Assembly: GCA_049322915.1 (NCBI GenBank)
Contig: JBMOPW010000034.1
Coordinates: 584,567-648,566 of the forward strand
Direction: 5' to 3'
From: Candidatus Zhuqueibacterota bacterium
GTDB taxonomy: Bacteria; Zhuqueibacterota; Zhuqueibacteria; Thermofontimicrobiales; Thermofontimicrobiaceae
Length of the DNA: 64,000 nt
Numbering within the stretch: the stretch's first letter is position 1; every line of letters begins with the position of its first letter. The position numbers and the translations under genes were made by a program. A model generated the notes under the pieces. It saw nothing but the letters and a program-made list of their open reading frames with translations. It ran no database searches and had not been told where the DNA came from. Positions 40,979 through 50,709 of the stretch are shown piece by piece.

Positions 40979-42721
40979 TTATTCCGGTTTCTGAATTGCG
41001 CCGGGTTTGCAGAGTTGCCGGCACAAATCACAGCCAATGCAAAACAGCTCATTGATTTTCGTCTTGCCATTCGCATCTTTTTCAATGGCCGGACAACCGA
41101 TTTTATGGCACATGCCGCACATGATGCACGTCTCCGCATCCACGAAATACGGCTCGCTGAATTTGATTTTCGCCCGAATCACGCACGGCGCATCAGCGAT
41201 GATGACGGATGGTTCGTCCGCAGCCATCTCCTGCTTCAGCGTGGCGATCGTTTCCTTTAAATTATAGGGATCGACTTTCACGACGCGATTCACACCGGCT
41301 GCGCGACACAAAGCTTCCAGATCCAGCTTCAACGTGGCTTCGCCTTTCAGCGTGAGTCCGGAGCCGGGGTGATCCTGATGCCCGGTCATTGCGGTGATGT
41401 GATTGTCCAGAATACAAATTTTCGATTTCGCCCTGTTGTAAACCACATCGATGAGTCCGGTGATGCCGGAATGGTAAAACGTCGAATCGCCGATGACGCC
41501 GATGATCTTGCCTTTCAATTCATCGCCGTTGGCCTTTTCGATTCCTTCGGCATAGCCGATGCTGGCACCCATGCATAAACAGGTATCAATGGTTTCAAGA
41601 GGAGGAATGGCAGCTAACGTATAGCAGCCAATATCGCCGGTGACGATCAGTTTCAATTTCTTCATGGCATAAAACATCCCGCGGTGGGAACAGCCGGGAC
41701 AGAGGACCGGCGGCCGCGGCGGGATGAGCACATCGTTCAGCACGGAGTCGGTTCTGACAGGTTCCTGGCCAAAGCTTTGCGCAATGACATCAGGACTCAA
41801 CTCACCGAGTATCGGCAGCCTATTTTTTCCTTCGACCGGAATACCCATGGCGGCAATCTGTTCTTCCAGGAACGGGTCCAATTCTTCGATGACGTACAAT
41901 TTCTGAACCTGCGCAGCGAAGTCACGAATCAATGTCCGGGGCAGCGGAAACGTGAGACCCAGTTTCAGAATCGAAGCCCGGGGAAATATTTCCCTGGCGT
42001 GCTGGTAAGCGATGCCACTGGTGATAATGCCCAGCGCTTTATCGCCCCATTCAATTCGGTTCAAACTGCACGTATTGCCAAATTCCTCCAATGCAGCCAG
42101 ACGGCGCTCGACGAGAACGTGTTTTTTCTGGGCATTGGATGGCAACAGCACATTTTTCAGTACATCTTTTTTGTAGGTCTTCCGCGCGACTTCAGTGCGA
42201 TTTTTCAATTCGACGATGCTTTTCGAGTGATTGACGCGGGTGGTTGTTCGCAGCAGAATGGGCGTATCGTAGGTCTCGCTCAACTCCAGCCCGGCCACAG
42301 TGAAATCTTTGGCTTCCTGACTATCTGCCGGCTCCAGCATCGGCATTTTCGCGGCGCGGGCAAACCAGCGGTTATCCTGCTCGTTCTGGGATGAATGCAT
42401 GGAAGGATCATCGGCGGAGACAATGACAATGCCGCTATTCACGCCCTGATAGGAAAGTGAAAAAAACGGATCGGCAGCGACGTTCAGCCCCACGTGTTTC
42501 ATGGCTGCCAACGACCGTGCGCCGCCCAATGCAGCGCCAGCCGCAACTTCGAGCGCCACTTTCTCATTGGGCGCCCATTGGGCCTGTATCTCTGCGTACT
42601 TTCCGACATTTTCAAGTATCTCCGTGCTCGGAGTGCCGGGATACGCTGTGGCAAATCGTCCGCCGGCTTCATACAGTCCCCGCGCAATCGCTTCATTTCC
42701 AGATAAAATCGCTCTTTCCAT
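40979..42721 (-). CDS. iorA: Indolepyruvate ferredoxin oxidoreductase alpha subunit
   Basis: GNEAIARG, YPGTPSTE, KHVGLNVAAD, RPPVLCPGCSH, TPP motif GDST...DN, two C-terminal ferredoxin-type Cys motifs. Confidence 0.95.
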   Translation of the reverse strand: MERAILSGNEAIARGLYEAGGRFATAYPGTPSTEILENVGKYAEIQAQWAPNEKVALEVAAGAALGGARSLAAMKHVGLNVAADPFFSLSYQGVNSGIVIVSADDPSMHSSQNEQDNRWFARAAKMPMLEPADSQEAKDFTVAGLELSETYDTPILLRTTTRVNHSKSIVELKNRTEVARKTYKKDVLKNVLLPSNAQKKHVLVERRLAALEEFGNTCSLNRIEWGDKALGIITSGIAYQHAREIFPRASILKLGLTFPLPRTLIRDFAAQVQKLYVIEELDPFLEEQIAAMGIPVEGKNRLPILGELSPDVIAQSFGQEPVRTDSVLNDVLIPPRPPVLCPGCSHRGMFYAMKKLKLIVTGDIGCYTLAAIPPLETIDTCLCMGASIGYAEGIEKANGDELKGKIIGVIGDSTFYHSGITGLIDVVYNRAKSKICILDNHITAMTGHQDHPGSGLTLKGEATLKLDLEALCRAAGVNRVVKVDPYNLKETIATLKQEMAADEPSVIIADAPCVIRAKIKFSEPYFVDAETCIMCGMCHKIGCPAIEKDANGKTKINELFCIGCDLCRQLCKPGAIQKPE

Positions 42722-42841
42722 TCCAGTCTTCTCCCATTATAAAGTCCGATTTCATTTCATTTGGTGATCCGAATCTTCCGTCCGAGTTCCAGTGATTGAC
42801 ATACGAGCCGTATTCCCGAAAGTCAGTGAAGCGATGGCCGA

Positions 42842-43906
42842 TCAGTACACTCGCGCGCGCTCTTCATTCCTGAGCACCCGGAGCGCGCCGACTGCCAGGG
42901 CTTCCATTTCAAATTCGCCGGGAAGTATGAGCACTTCCGCGATGAATTTCACGCGCTCCACAATCCAGCCGGTCAGCAGTTTTGATTTGGCAAGTCCGCC
43001 GCTGATGACAATAGCCCGAACATCGCCGTCCACCACAGTGGCCATGGCGCCGATCTCCTTCGAAATCTGGTAGGCCATTGCCTGGTACACGTCGCGGGCA
43101 TGCGAGTCTCCCTGCCCGATTCGCTTTTCCACCTCTTCCGCGTTCGTGGTATTTAAATACGCCATGAGTCCGCCCTGGCCCATCACCATTTTTGCCATTT
43201 GCTGCCGGGTGTATTCCCCGGAAAAACACAGGGAGATGAACGGCTGAAGCGGTAAATCGCCGGTTCGCTCCGGCGAAAACGGGCCGGAACTGGAGGCGTC
43301 ATTCACATCGATGATCCTCCCCTGCTTCAACGGACACACAGAAATGCCGCCGCCCAGATGCGCGATGATGAAATTCACCGCCGAATAATCAGCGCCCAGT
43401 CTGTCCGCCGCCATTCGGCCCACCGCGTGAATATTCAGCGTGTGCGACAGCGCGCGCCGTTGAATGAGCGGATGACCGGAGTAACGCGCCAGCGGTTCAA
43501 ACTCATCGACTGAGACCGGATCCACGACGTAGGCAGCAACACCGGCCTCGTCCGCCAGGCTTTTGGCCAGAGCGCAGCCCAGGTTGGAGGCGTGTTCGCC
43601 CTGAATTCCGGCGCGGGCGTCCGCGATCATCGCGTCGCTCACGAGATAGGTTCCCCCGGGGATCGATTTCAGCAATCCGCCGCGACCAACCACAGCGGCG
43701 AGTTCGCACACGGGGACGTTCACCTTTGCCAAAAAGGCCAGAATGGCTTTCAGCCGCAGGTCGAATTGATCCCACAGACCGGAAAACCGCTGCAAGTCAT
43801 CCCGCGAATGAGCAATCGACTCTTCATGGACTCGCGTTTCATCTTCAAAAACAGCTACTTTGGTGGATGTTGAACCGGGATTGATGACTAAAATTTTATG
43901 AGGCAT
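42842..43906 (-). CDS. buk: Butyrate kinase
   Basis: INPGSTSTK, GRGGL, HASNLG, VDPVSVDE, AHLGGGIS, FSPER, PGEFEM. Confidence 0.95.
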   Translation of the reverse strand: MPHKILVINPGSTSTKVAVFEDETRVHEESIAHSRDDLQRFSGLWDQFDLRLKAILAFLAKVNVPVCELAAVVGRGGLLKSIPGGTYLVSDAMIADARAGIQGEHASNLGCALAKSLADEAGVAAYVVDPVSVDEFEPLARYSGHPLIQRRALSHTLNIHAVGRMAADRLGADYSAVNFIIAHLGGGISVCPLKQGRIIDVNDASSSGPFSPERTGDLPLQPFISLCFSGEYTRQQMAKMVMGQGGLMAYLNTTNAEEVEKRIGQGDSHARDVYQAMAYQISKEIGAMATVVDGDVRAIVISGGLAKSKLLTGWIVERVKFIAEVLILPGEFEMEALAVGALRVLRNEERARVY

Positions 43907-44016
43907 TGCATCGAACTCCTGCAAGAATGATGTCCTGCTCTCCGGCGCTGCAGAAGAGCCACTGTGAATCGCGTATTTTTTTCAACCGGTAGTCTGCTGC
44001 ATCAGCGGGCATTCGG

Positions 44017-45711
44017 TTATCCCCGCCTCAAAATCATGCCTGGCAGATTGTTGGTGTGCGTTTCATTGTTGATGACCCATTGGCCATTGACCAGAACGTG
44101 CGTGATGCCTTTGGGATATTGTTTTGGCTGCACAAACGTGGCGCAGTCCGCCACCGCGTTCAGATCGAACACGACAATGTCGGCAAAATATCCGGGCTGA
44201 ATAGCGCCTCGCTTTTTCAGGCCAAATTTCTCCGCCGGCAGCGACGTCATTTTGCGAATGCCCTCTTCCAGGCCGGTAATTTTTCTATCGCGCAGATAAT
44301 ATCCCAGCACCCGCGGGAACGTTCCGAAATTGCGCGGATGCGGATTTCCCTTGCTCAGGATGCCGGTGGTCGCAATGGAGTCGCCATCAGAGCCGATCAT
44401 GGTGAACGGCGCTTGCAGCACCTTTATCGTTGTCTCTTCATCCATGGCAAAAACGACCATGGAAACAGAGCCTTTCTCCGCGATCAGTGTCCGGCGGACC
44501 CACTCGAATGGTTCGACATTTTCATGCTGCGCATTTTGCAACACCGTTTTCCCGGCGCAGGAACGGCGTTCTTCGGAAGCGATGGAACTGATCAGGATCG
44601 AGTCCCATGAACCAATGTCGCTGATCTTTTGCTCCACGATTGGCCGCACTTTGGCAATGAGACCTTCATCCTTAAATCGGGCAAGTATCTCATCCGTGTT
44701 CCCTTCGCGGAACCAGAGCGGGAAAAGCAGCATGAGCGTGGTGTTGTAAGCAATGTAGGGATAGCGATCCGCATGGACGTTCAGGTCTTCGGCGCGGGCG
44801 GCTTCAATGGCGGCTAAAAATGAATCGACAAAATGCCAGTTTTTTTTCTGGCAGGCTTTGAGGTGTGAAAGCTGCACGCTGACTCCGGCCTTTCTGCCGA
44901 TCTCAATGGCTTCCGCCACTGCTTCCATAACCCGATCATCTTCGTTGCGCATGTGAGTCGCGTACACGCCGCCATAAGCGGGAAGAGCTTGACACAGCCG
45001 AATCAATTCCTCGGTGGAACCAAAACTGCCCGGCGTGTATTCCAGTCCGGTGGAAAGTCCCAGCGCCCCCTGATCCAGTCCTTTCTCCAACTCATAAATC
45101 ATCTGTTTCAAGTCCGACTCCGTCGCCGGCTTGTTGGCCATCCCCATCACCACCTCCCGGATGGTGCTGTGGCCGACGAATGTGGCGTAGTTGAGCGCAG
45201 TCCCTTTTTCTTCCAATCGTTTCAGGAACGATCCGGCGTCATTCCAGTTGACCTCAACGCCGTAGTCCTCCAGAATGTCCGCCGAATAGTCCGCAACGTT
45301 TTCTTTGGCGATCGGAAAGGGCGAGTAGCCGCAATTGCCGCTAATTTCCGTGGTGACGCCCTGCCGGATTTTGCTGTCCGCATTGGGATTCACCAGCAGG
45401 CAGATATCAGAATGGGAATGGACATCGATGAAGCCCGGACAAACAATATGGTTCGTCGCGTCGATGGTCCGGGTTGCTGTTCGGTCCGACAAATCCCCAA
45501 TCGCCCGAATGTACTGACCGATAATGCCGACATCGCCTTTGAACGCAGCTTTTCCGCTGCCATCGATGATCGTCCCATTTTTAATGATGAAATCAAATTC
45601 GTGCGCGGCGCAGCCCGAGTTCAGAAATGGCAATCCTCCGATGACGCCGACTCCCAGGCCTAATTGAATACTGGATTGAATGAATTCTCTTCGGGTTAAC
45701 TTGGTGCTCAT
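44017..45711 (-). CDS. N-acyl-D-amino-acid deacylase family, Tat-exported (possibly lipoprotein)
   Basis: LTRREFI signal with LNSGC, PGFIDVHSHSD, QGVTTE..GNCG, STGLEY, PHPRNFGTFPR. Confidence 0.88.
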   Translation of the reverse strand: MSTKLTRREFIQSSIQLGLGVGVIGGLPFLNSGCAAHEFDFIIKNGTIIDGSGKAAFKGDVGIIGQYIRAIGDLSDRTATRTIDATNHIVCPGFIDVHSHSDICLLVNPNADSKIRQGVTTEISGNCGYSPFPIAKENVADYSADILEDYGVEVNWNDAGSFLKRLEEKGTALNYATFVGHSTIREVVMGMANKPATESDLKQMIYELEKGLDQGALGLSTGLEYTPGSFGSTEELIRLCQALPAYGGVYATHMRNEDDRVMEAVAEAIEIGRKAGVSVQLSHLKACQKKNWHFVDSFLAAIEAARAEDLNVHADRYPYIAYNTTLMLLFPLWFREGNTDEILARFKDEGLIAKVRPIVEQKISDIGSWDSILISSIASEERRSCAGKTVLQNAQHENVEPFEWVRRTLIAEKGSVSMVVFAMDEETTIKVLQAPFTMIGSDGDSIATTGILSKGNPHPRNFGTFPRVLGYYLRDRKITGLEEGIRKMTSLPAEKFGLKKRGAIQPGYFADIVVFDLNAVADCATFVQPKQYPKGITHVLVNGQWVINNETHTNNLPGMILRRG

Positions 45712-46159
45712 TGTTCCTCCTTCTGTTTTAGGACATCAGAGAACATGCTCAGCAAGAGATGGGTGCAGTGGCAAGTCATATATCCGTAATAACATTCTTA
45801 ATTTTCTTAATTTCTCATAATTTAGTTAGCCCTGCAAGTTACCAAAATTTATATTGAAAATCAATAGAAAATTTTTCAAAAATTAAGGCTGGCTGCAGCC
45901 ATTTTGTGCGTCACTTTGCCCTGAATTTATTACCAGCCGGCATGGCGCGCCTGGACTATCCGCCTGAATTGATCACAGCCCCGGAGTGCCGGATGAATGG
46001 GATCAGGTCTGCGGGAGCTGTTTGGAATCCTCGTCATGCCTAAATTTTTTCTTGCTTTTGAAGCAAATAATGTTAAAATAGAAAACGAAACCCGGACAAA
46101 AGAATCGCGCCGGAATGGAGTGTTGAACACGCCACTATTCACATGCTGGAGGAGAACCG

Positions 46160-46678
46160 ATGTTGAACAAAGCTGAATTATCAAAGGATGATCTGTGGAA
46201 TTTACTGACCGATGCTGCGAAAAACTGGCTGGCCCATGATGGCCTCTGGTTTTTGGCGGCGGAGAAAAAATTTGGTATGGATATGGCCATGGAATTGGAT
46301 GAACGCGCCTGGCACGGCTTTGCTGTGGCTGAAGCGAATCGGATTTTGGAGCGATTGGGGATGAAACCGGGCGGAGGCATTCCGGCGCTGGTGAAAGCCT
46401 TTGATTACCGCATGTATGCGTTCATCAACACCTATGAAATTTCAGACATCAGCGAGACGCGGTGCCGGTTCAGGATGACGTCGTGCCGGGTTCAGGCGGC
46501 GCGCAAGCGAAAAGGCCTGCCCGATTTTCCCTGCAAACCGGTGGGGATAACGGAGTTCTCGCAATTTGCGCGAACCATCGATCCCCGCATTCAGACCCGG
46601 TGCATCGCCTGCCCGCCGGATCAACATCCGGACAACGAATGGTGCTCGTGGGAATTCACCGTGGTCGAGCCGAAGTGA
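46160..46678 (+). CDS. DUF6125-like Cys-rich protein
   Basis: GGAGG RBS; AKNWLAHDGLWF, CRVQAARKRKG..FPCK, CIACPPD.HP...CSWEF. Confidence 0.7.
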   Translation: MLNKAELSKDDLWNLLTDAAKNWLAHDGLWFLAAEKKFGMDMAMELDERAWHGFAVAEANRILERLGMKPGGGIPALVKAFDYRMYAFINTYEISDISETRCRFRMTSCRVQAARKRKGLPDFPCKPVGITEFSQFARTIDPRIQTRCIACPPDQHPDNEWCSWEFTVVEPK

Positions 46679-48550
46679 TCAGTTATTCTCATCCAGAATT
46701 TTTTTGATGATGTCTGTCAACAGGCTCACCTCGAAGGGCTTGTGCAGGAATCCGTTGGCGCCGAGGCTCATGATGTCTTTTACCGGGCCGGTCTCATCAA
46801 AGCCGGAGCAGAGAAGAATTTTGACGCCCGGTTTGATTTTTTTCAGGCGCTTGAACAGCATCACGCCGGCGATTCCCGGCATGACGACATCGAGGATGAT
46901 CAAATCGATTTCATTGTGATGCTTCAAAATATCCATGCCGGAGCGCCCGTCGATGGCCGTGTAAATTTTATAGCCTACCCGCTCCAGACTGAATTTCATG
47001 ATATCCAGCGTTACTTTCTCATCGTCAATCACCAGGATGCTCTCCGTGCCGGCGGTGAGTTGGACTGAAGACGCGCCCATCTCCGGCTCTGCCGGTTTCT
47101 GGGTTGCCGGAAAAGAAATGGTGACCCTGGTACCCCTGCCCACCTCGCTCTCGACCTGTATCTCGCCGTTATGAATTTTCACAATCCGATTGACAACAGC
47201 CATTCCCAATCCCCGTCCATGGGCTTTCGTACTGTAAAATGGTTCGAAAATTTTATCGAGGCTGAACGCGTCCATACCCGAACCATTGTCCTCAACGATG
47301 AGCTGCGTATGGGTTGTTGCGCCCATCTCCCGAATGACGATCCGACTTCGCGTGGTAATTTTAATGATGCCGCTCTGCTGCATCGATTCAGCGCTATTGG
47401 AAACCAGGTTCACAATGACCTGCTGCAACTGAACAGGATCCGCCAGAATGAGCGGCGGTGGTTCCTCAAAATCTGTAATAATTGAGATGGACGGGTCGAG
47501 CGTTCGGGAGATAAAAGTGATGATATTGGTGATCATAATATTGATGTTCGTAGCGACCGGTTCGAACTTGCCGCCTCGCGAAAAAACCATGAGCTGTCGG
47601 GTCAATTTCGACATTCGCTGCGCCGACTTCCCAATATCCTGGGCATATAAAAACGCTTCGCTTTCAGCGGGCAGAATCGTTTGCAGCAGCGAGGCGTAAC
47701 CCAGAATCCCCACCAGGATATTGTTAAAATCGTGAGCCACGCCGCCGGCGAGCGTACCGATGGATTCCATTTTCTGCGCTCGAAACAACTCAAGCTGAAG
47801 CTGCTGCCGTTCAAAATCCACCTGATAATGCTCAGTGACGTCATAGCCAATAGCCCACAAGGTGAAATCCGGTATTGGGACCAGTTCGGATAAGAGTATC
47901 CATTGAATGTGTCGCGCCAGTCCATCTTTTGTGGTTATTTCTCTTTCCAGATGCTTTCCGCCATTCGTCTGAACTTCATGCATTTCATCGCGACGAAGCA
48001 CGAGGGATTCGAATAATTCCCGGCTGTCCCGAAGTTCGGCGCGGCTGTAACCGGTCACATCCTCCGCTGCCTTGTTCCATACAAGCAGCGACTCTCCCGA
48101 ACCCAACGCTACCACCATCATCGGCAGGTTTTCTAAAATGAACATCGTCGGCTCGTCGATGCGAGGCGTCATGATCTCGCTCGAAAATCGGGTCGGACTG
48201 CCGATTGCCAGCAGTTGAGGGATTTCACCCTCCTGACTCGGAACAGGTGTAAAGCTCCAATCAAACAATTGGACTTGCTGCGGCGAAATGGATGTAGGCA
48301 GACGGAGCTTTCGCTCCATGCCCGAATTCCGACATGCTTCGAGCTGGTTGATCAGGGCAGGTCGTTCCTCATTGGAGATTTGAATGAAGTCCCACACGTG
48401 GAATGGTGTGGAACTCGCCGCATCGCGCGTGAGATGAATGGATTGACACTGATTCAACATTGTGCACGTGTCGTTGTTATCGATGAGCAGAACAGAACAG
48501 TTTGTATTTTTCAGCCATGTTGAGAGAAGTCGATCGATGGGACCAGTCAT
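46679..48550 (-). CDS. PAS-domain hybrid sensor histidine kinase/response regulator
   Basis: PAS segments, H-box AGGVAHDFNNIL, N/G boxes, C-terminal receiver (IDDE, LDVVMP, HKPF); no TM helix. Confidence 0.93.
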   Translation of the reverse strand: MTGPIDRLLSTWLKNTNCSVLLIDNNDTCTMLNQCQSIHLTRDAASSTPFHVWDFIQISNEERPALINQLEACRNSGMERKLRLPTSISPQQVQLFDWSFTPVPSQEGEIPQLLAIGSPTRFSSEIMTPRIDEPTMFILENLPMMVVALGSGESLLVWNKAAEDVTGYSRAELRDSRELFESLVLRRDEMHEVQTNGGKHLEREITTKDGLARHIQWILLSELVPIPDFTLWAIGYDVTEHYQVDFERQQLQLELFRAQKMESIGTLAGGVAHDFNNILVGILGYASLLQTILPAESEAFLYAQDIGKSAQRMSKLTRQLMVFSRGGKFEPVATNINIMITNIITFISRTLDPSISIITDFEEPPPLILADPVQLQQVIVNLVSNSAESMQQSGIIKITTRSRIVIREMGATTHTQLIVEDNGSGMDAFSLDKIFEPFYSTKAHGRGLGMAVVNRIVKIHNGEIQVESEVGRGTRVTISFPATQKPAEPEMGASSVQLTAGTESILVIDDEKVTLDIMKFSLERVGYKIYTAIDGRSGMDILKHHNEIDLIILDVVMPGIAGVMLFKRLKKIKPGVKILLCSGFDETGPVKDIMSLGANGFLHKPFEVSLLTDIIKKILDENN

Positions 48551-48795
48551 TGAGTTGAACCAAATGGGTTATTATCAAATGGAAAACAATCATCTAATAA
48601 AGTCATAGGTGTTTGGAAAATGCAATAATTATACCAACCTTTAATTGCGGAAGTTTTTACGCCTCTCAATGTGAAATTGACTATTGCAGCGTTGGATGAA
48701 GACCAGAACAGGGGCGAGCATTTCTTTGATGCAGAAAAGTACTAAAAAGTGGCCAATTTTTATTGACGTATGTTCGGAATTTAACCAATGGAAAT

Positions 48796-49185
48796 TTACT
48801 GAGCAGCATGCACCATGGAAAATTGATACCCGCGATTCACCCAATAATGCCAATCTTCGATCGCTTCGTTGGTCACGTCATCGGCGTCAATGGCTCTGAG
48901 CTGGGAGAGCGGCGCCTTAATCTTTCGAAATGTGGACTGCACTTCAACGCAGATTTCCTGCAGGCAGTCCCGCTCTTTTGCCAATCCAATGACTCTGACG
49001 ATTTCACCAAAGGCTAAAGGAGAATATTTTTTCTCCGTAACACAGCGGGCGTGAAACGGGACATGAAGTTTCGAATCAAGATAATAGTACCAACCCATCG
49101 CACATTCTGCCTCGTCATAAGCGTCAACGGTGATCCCCCACATGATGCGATATTCTCGCTGTACATTTCTTTCAGCATGTGTCAT
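48796..49185 (-). CDS. CcbP-like calcium-binding protein family
   Basis: VDAYDEAE..GWYYYL...PF, PLSQL, EAIEDWHYWV.RGY.F pattern. Confidence 0.7.
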   Translation of the reverse strand: MTHAERNVQREYRIMWGITVDAYDEAECAMGWYYYLDSKLHVPFHARCVTEKKYSPLAFGEIVRVIGLAKERDCLQEICVEVQSTFRKIKAPLSQLRAIDADDVTNEAIEDWHYWVNRGYQFSMVHAAQ

Positions 49186-49513
49186 GACGACCTCTGAGCT
49201 TATTGTTAAAAGTAAATCATGGTTCCATCGGTAAAAACCTTGTTATTGATTCCTATCTTACTATCAGTTCGCTCACTAAAATGTATTTAATCTTGTTTTA
49301 AATTTCAACCAAAATTTTCAATATTGCCAATATTTAATAACATGGAACCGTTGGACAATTCAGGTCTGGACTGTTGTTTTTCTTCCGATTGCTTCTACAA
49401 AAAAACGCCGGGGCACAGGAACTGCGCTGACGGCGTTGATGTGGAACAAATATCGTCATAACCTGAATCGGCTTTGAAACCCGATCCGATGTCCAGCGGT
49501 ACAGTACGGCGGC

Positions 49514-50593
49514 TCAGGCCAATTTTAACTTCAAAAACCGCGGGAAATAAATGCGCAGATCATCGACGCATGTTTGCAGTGTTTTTGAATTCGTCACATA
49601 GGTGATAATCAATTCATCGTGCGCGCGCGACAGCTCCGGATGCGCTTTTACGGCGTAACAAAAATAGAGGGGACTCCAATCCACTTCCGGGCAATTGTAA
49701 ATGATCGTTGGTTCGGAGAAGGGTCCGTACGGCGTGTCGGCGAAACGAACGGTGATATGCTTTCCGTCTTTGCCAGAGTTAGCAACCAAAATATATGCGC
49801 CGAATTCACGGAGATACGTGACGGAAAACTCGGTGTTCGAGTTTTCAAAGACCGGGGAAATTTCGTTGCGATTGCCAGTCCAGCGCTGATTGATCCCATC
49901 GCGAAATTGCCAGTGGTGCATTCCGACGAAATTGAATTTTCCCTGCAGGTCCATCCGGGCAATGACGAGATTCGGCGGGTCAGTGATGACCGGCGTGGTT
50001 TTTTGAAAGCCGTAAATGTACACATAGCCGTGATCGATCAATATATTGGAACCGAAGGTACCCAGATCCTGTCGCCACGGAAGTTCATGAATTTTCAAAT
50101 GCCATTTTTCAGGCGGATCAAACGGGTTATCGATCTCGTAGATCAAATTTCCCACCAGTTTAAAACCAAAAGCATCGTTGATATTGGTCTGCACAATTCG
50201 AACAGCCAGGACGAACAACGTGCTTCCCAACAGCACCGAACTGAATGGCCAGACTCTACCGGGGACAGATGTATCATCGAACAAGGCCAGCGGGGATTTC
50301 TGTTTCATTGGCCAGAAAAACTGCAATCGGAAATCTCGTGCGCTGAAATCGCCGGTTTGAATAGCAATAGAATTGCTGATGATGACAGCGTCCACGCGAT
50401 TCTTCTGCGCCGGCGCTCGCTGTATAAATGAATCGCCGAAGAGCCACAGATTCTGGTCGTTGGTCAACGGCATGCTGAACGCCAAATCGCCGCCAATCCA
50501 GCCCTGATCATTCTGCTGAAAAGCGCACTCGAATTCAGGCAGCGGCTCGACGGAAATAACTTTCGGGAATTGCTTTTTCATATCGTTCTTCAT
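49514..50593 (-). CDS. DUF4185/DUF5005-like beta-propeller protein (putative glycosidase)
   Basis: GWIGGD..S..L....LWLFGDSF, GPFSEP, YAVKAHPELS, YFPRF; no signal peptide. Confidence 0.65.
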   Translation of the reverse strand: MKNDMKKQFPKVISVEPLPEFECAFQQNDQGWIGGDLAFSMPLTNDQNLWLFGDSFIQRAPAQKNRVDAVIISNSIAIQTGDFSARDFRLQFFWPMKQKSPLALFDDTSVPGRVWPFSSVLLGSTLFVLAVRIVQTNINDAFGFKLVGNLIYEIDNPFDPPEKWHLKIHELPWRQDLGTFGSNILIDHGYVYIYGFQKTTPVITDPPNLVIARMDLQGKFNFVGMHHWQFRDGINQRWTGNRNEISPVFENSNTEFSVTYLREFGAYILVANSGKDGKHITVRFADTPYGPFSEPTIIYNCPEVDWSPLYFCYAVKAHPELSRAHDELIITYVTNSKTLQTCVDDLRIYFPRFLKLKLA

Positions 50594-50709
50594 TTCTCTC
50601 AATTAAGTGAAGCGGCTCCAGCGGATTTATTCCAGCCGGACCAGCGCCGGATCGGGCAGACTCTCGTCCGGTAGGTGTGATTTAAAAAAGTGGCTCATCC
50701 GGCATGCCG

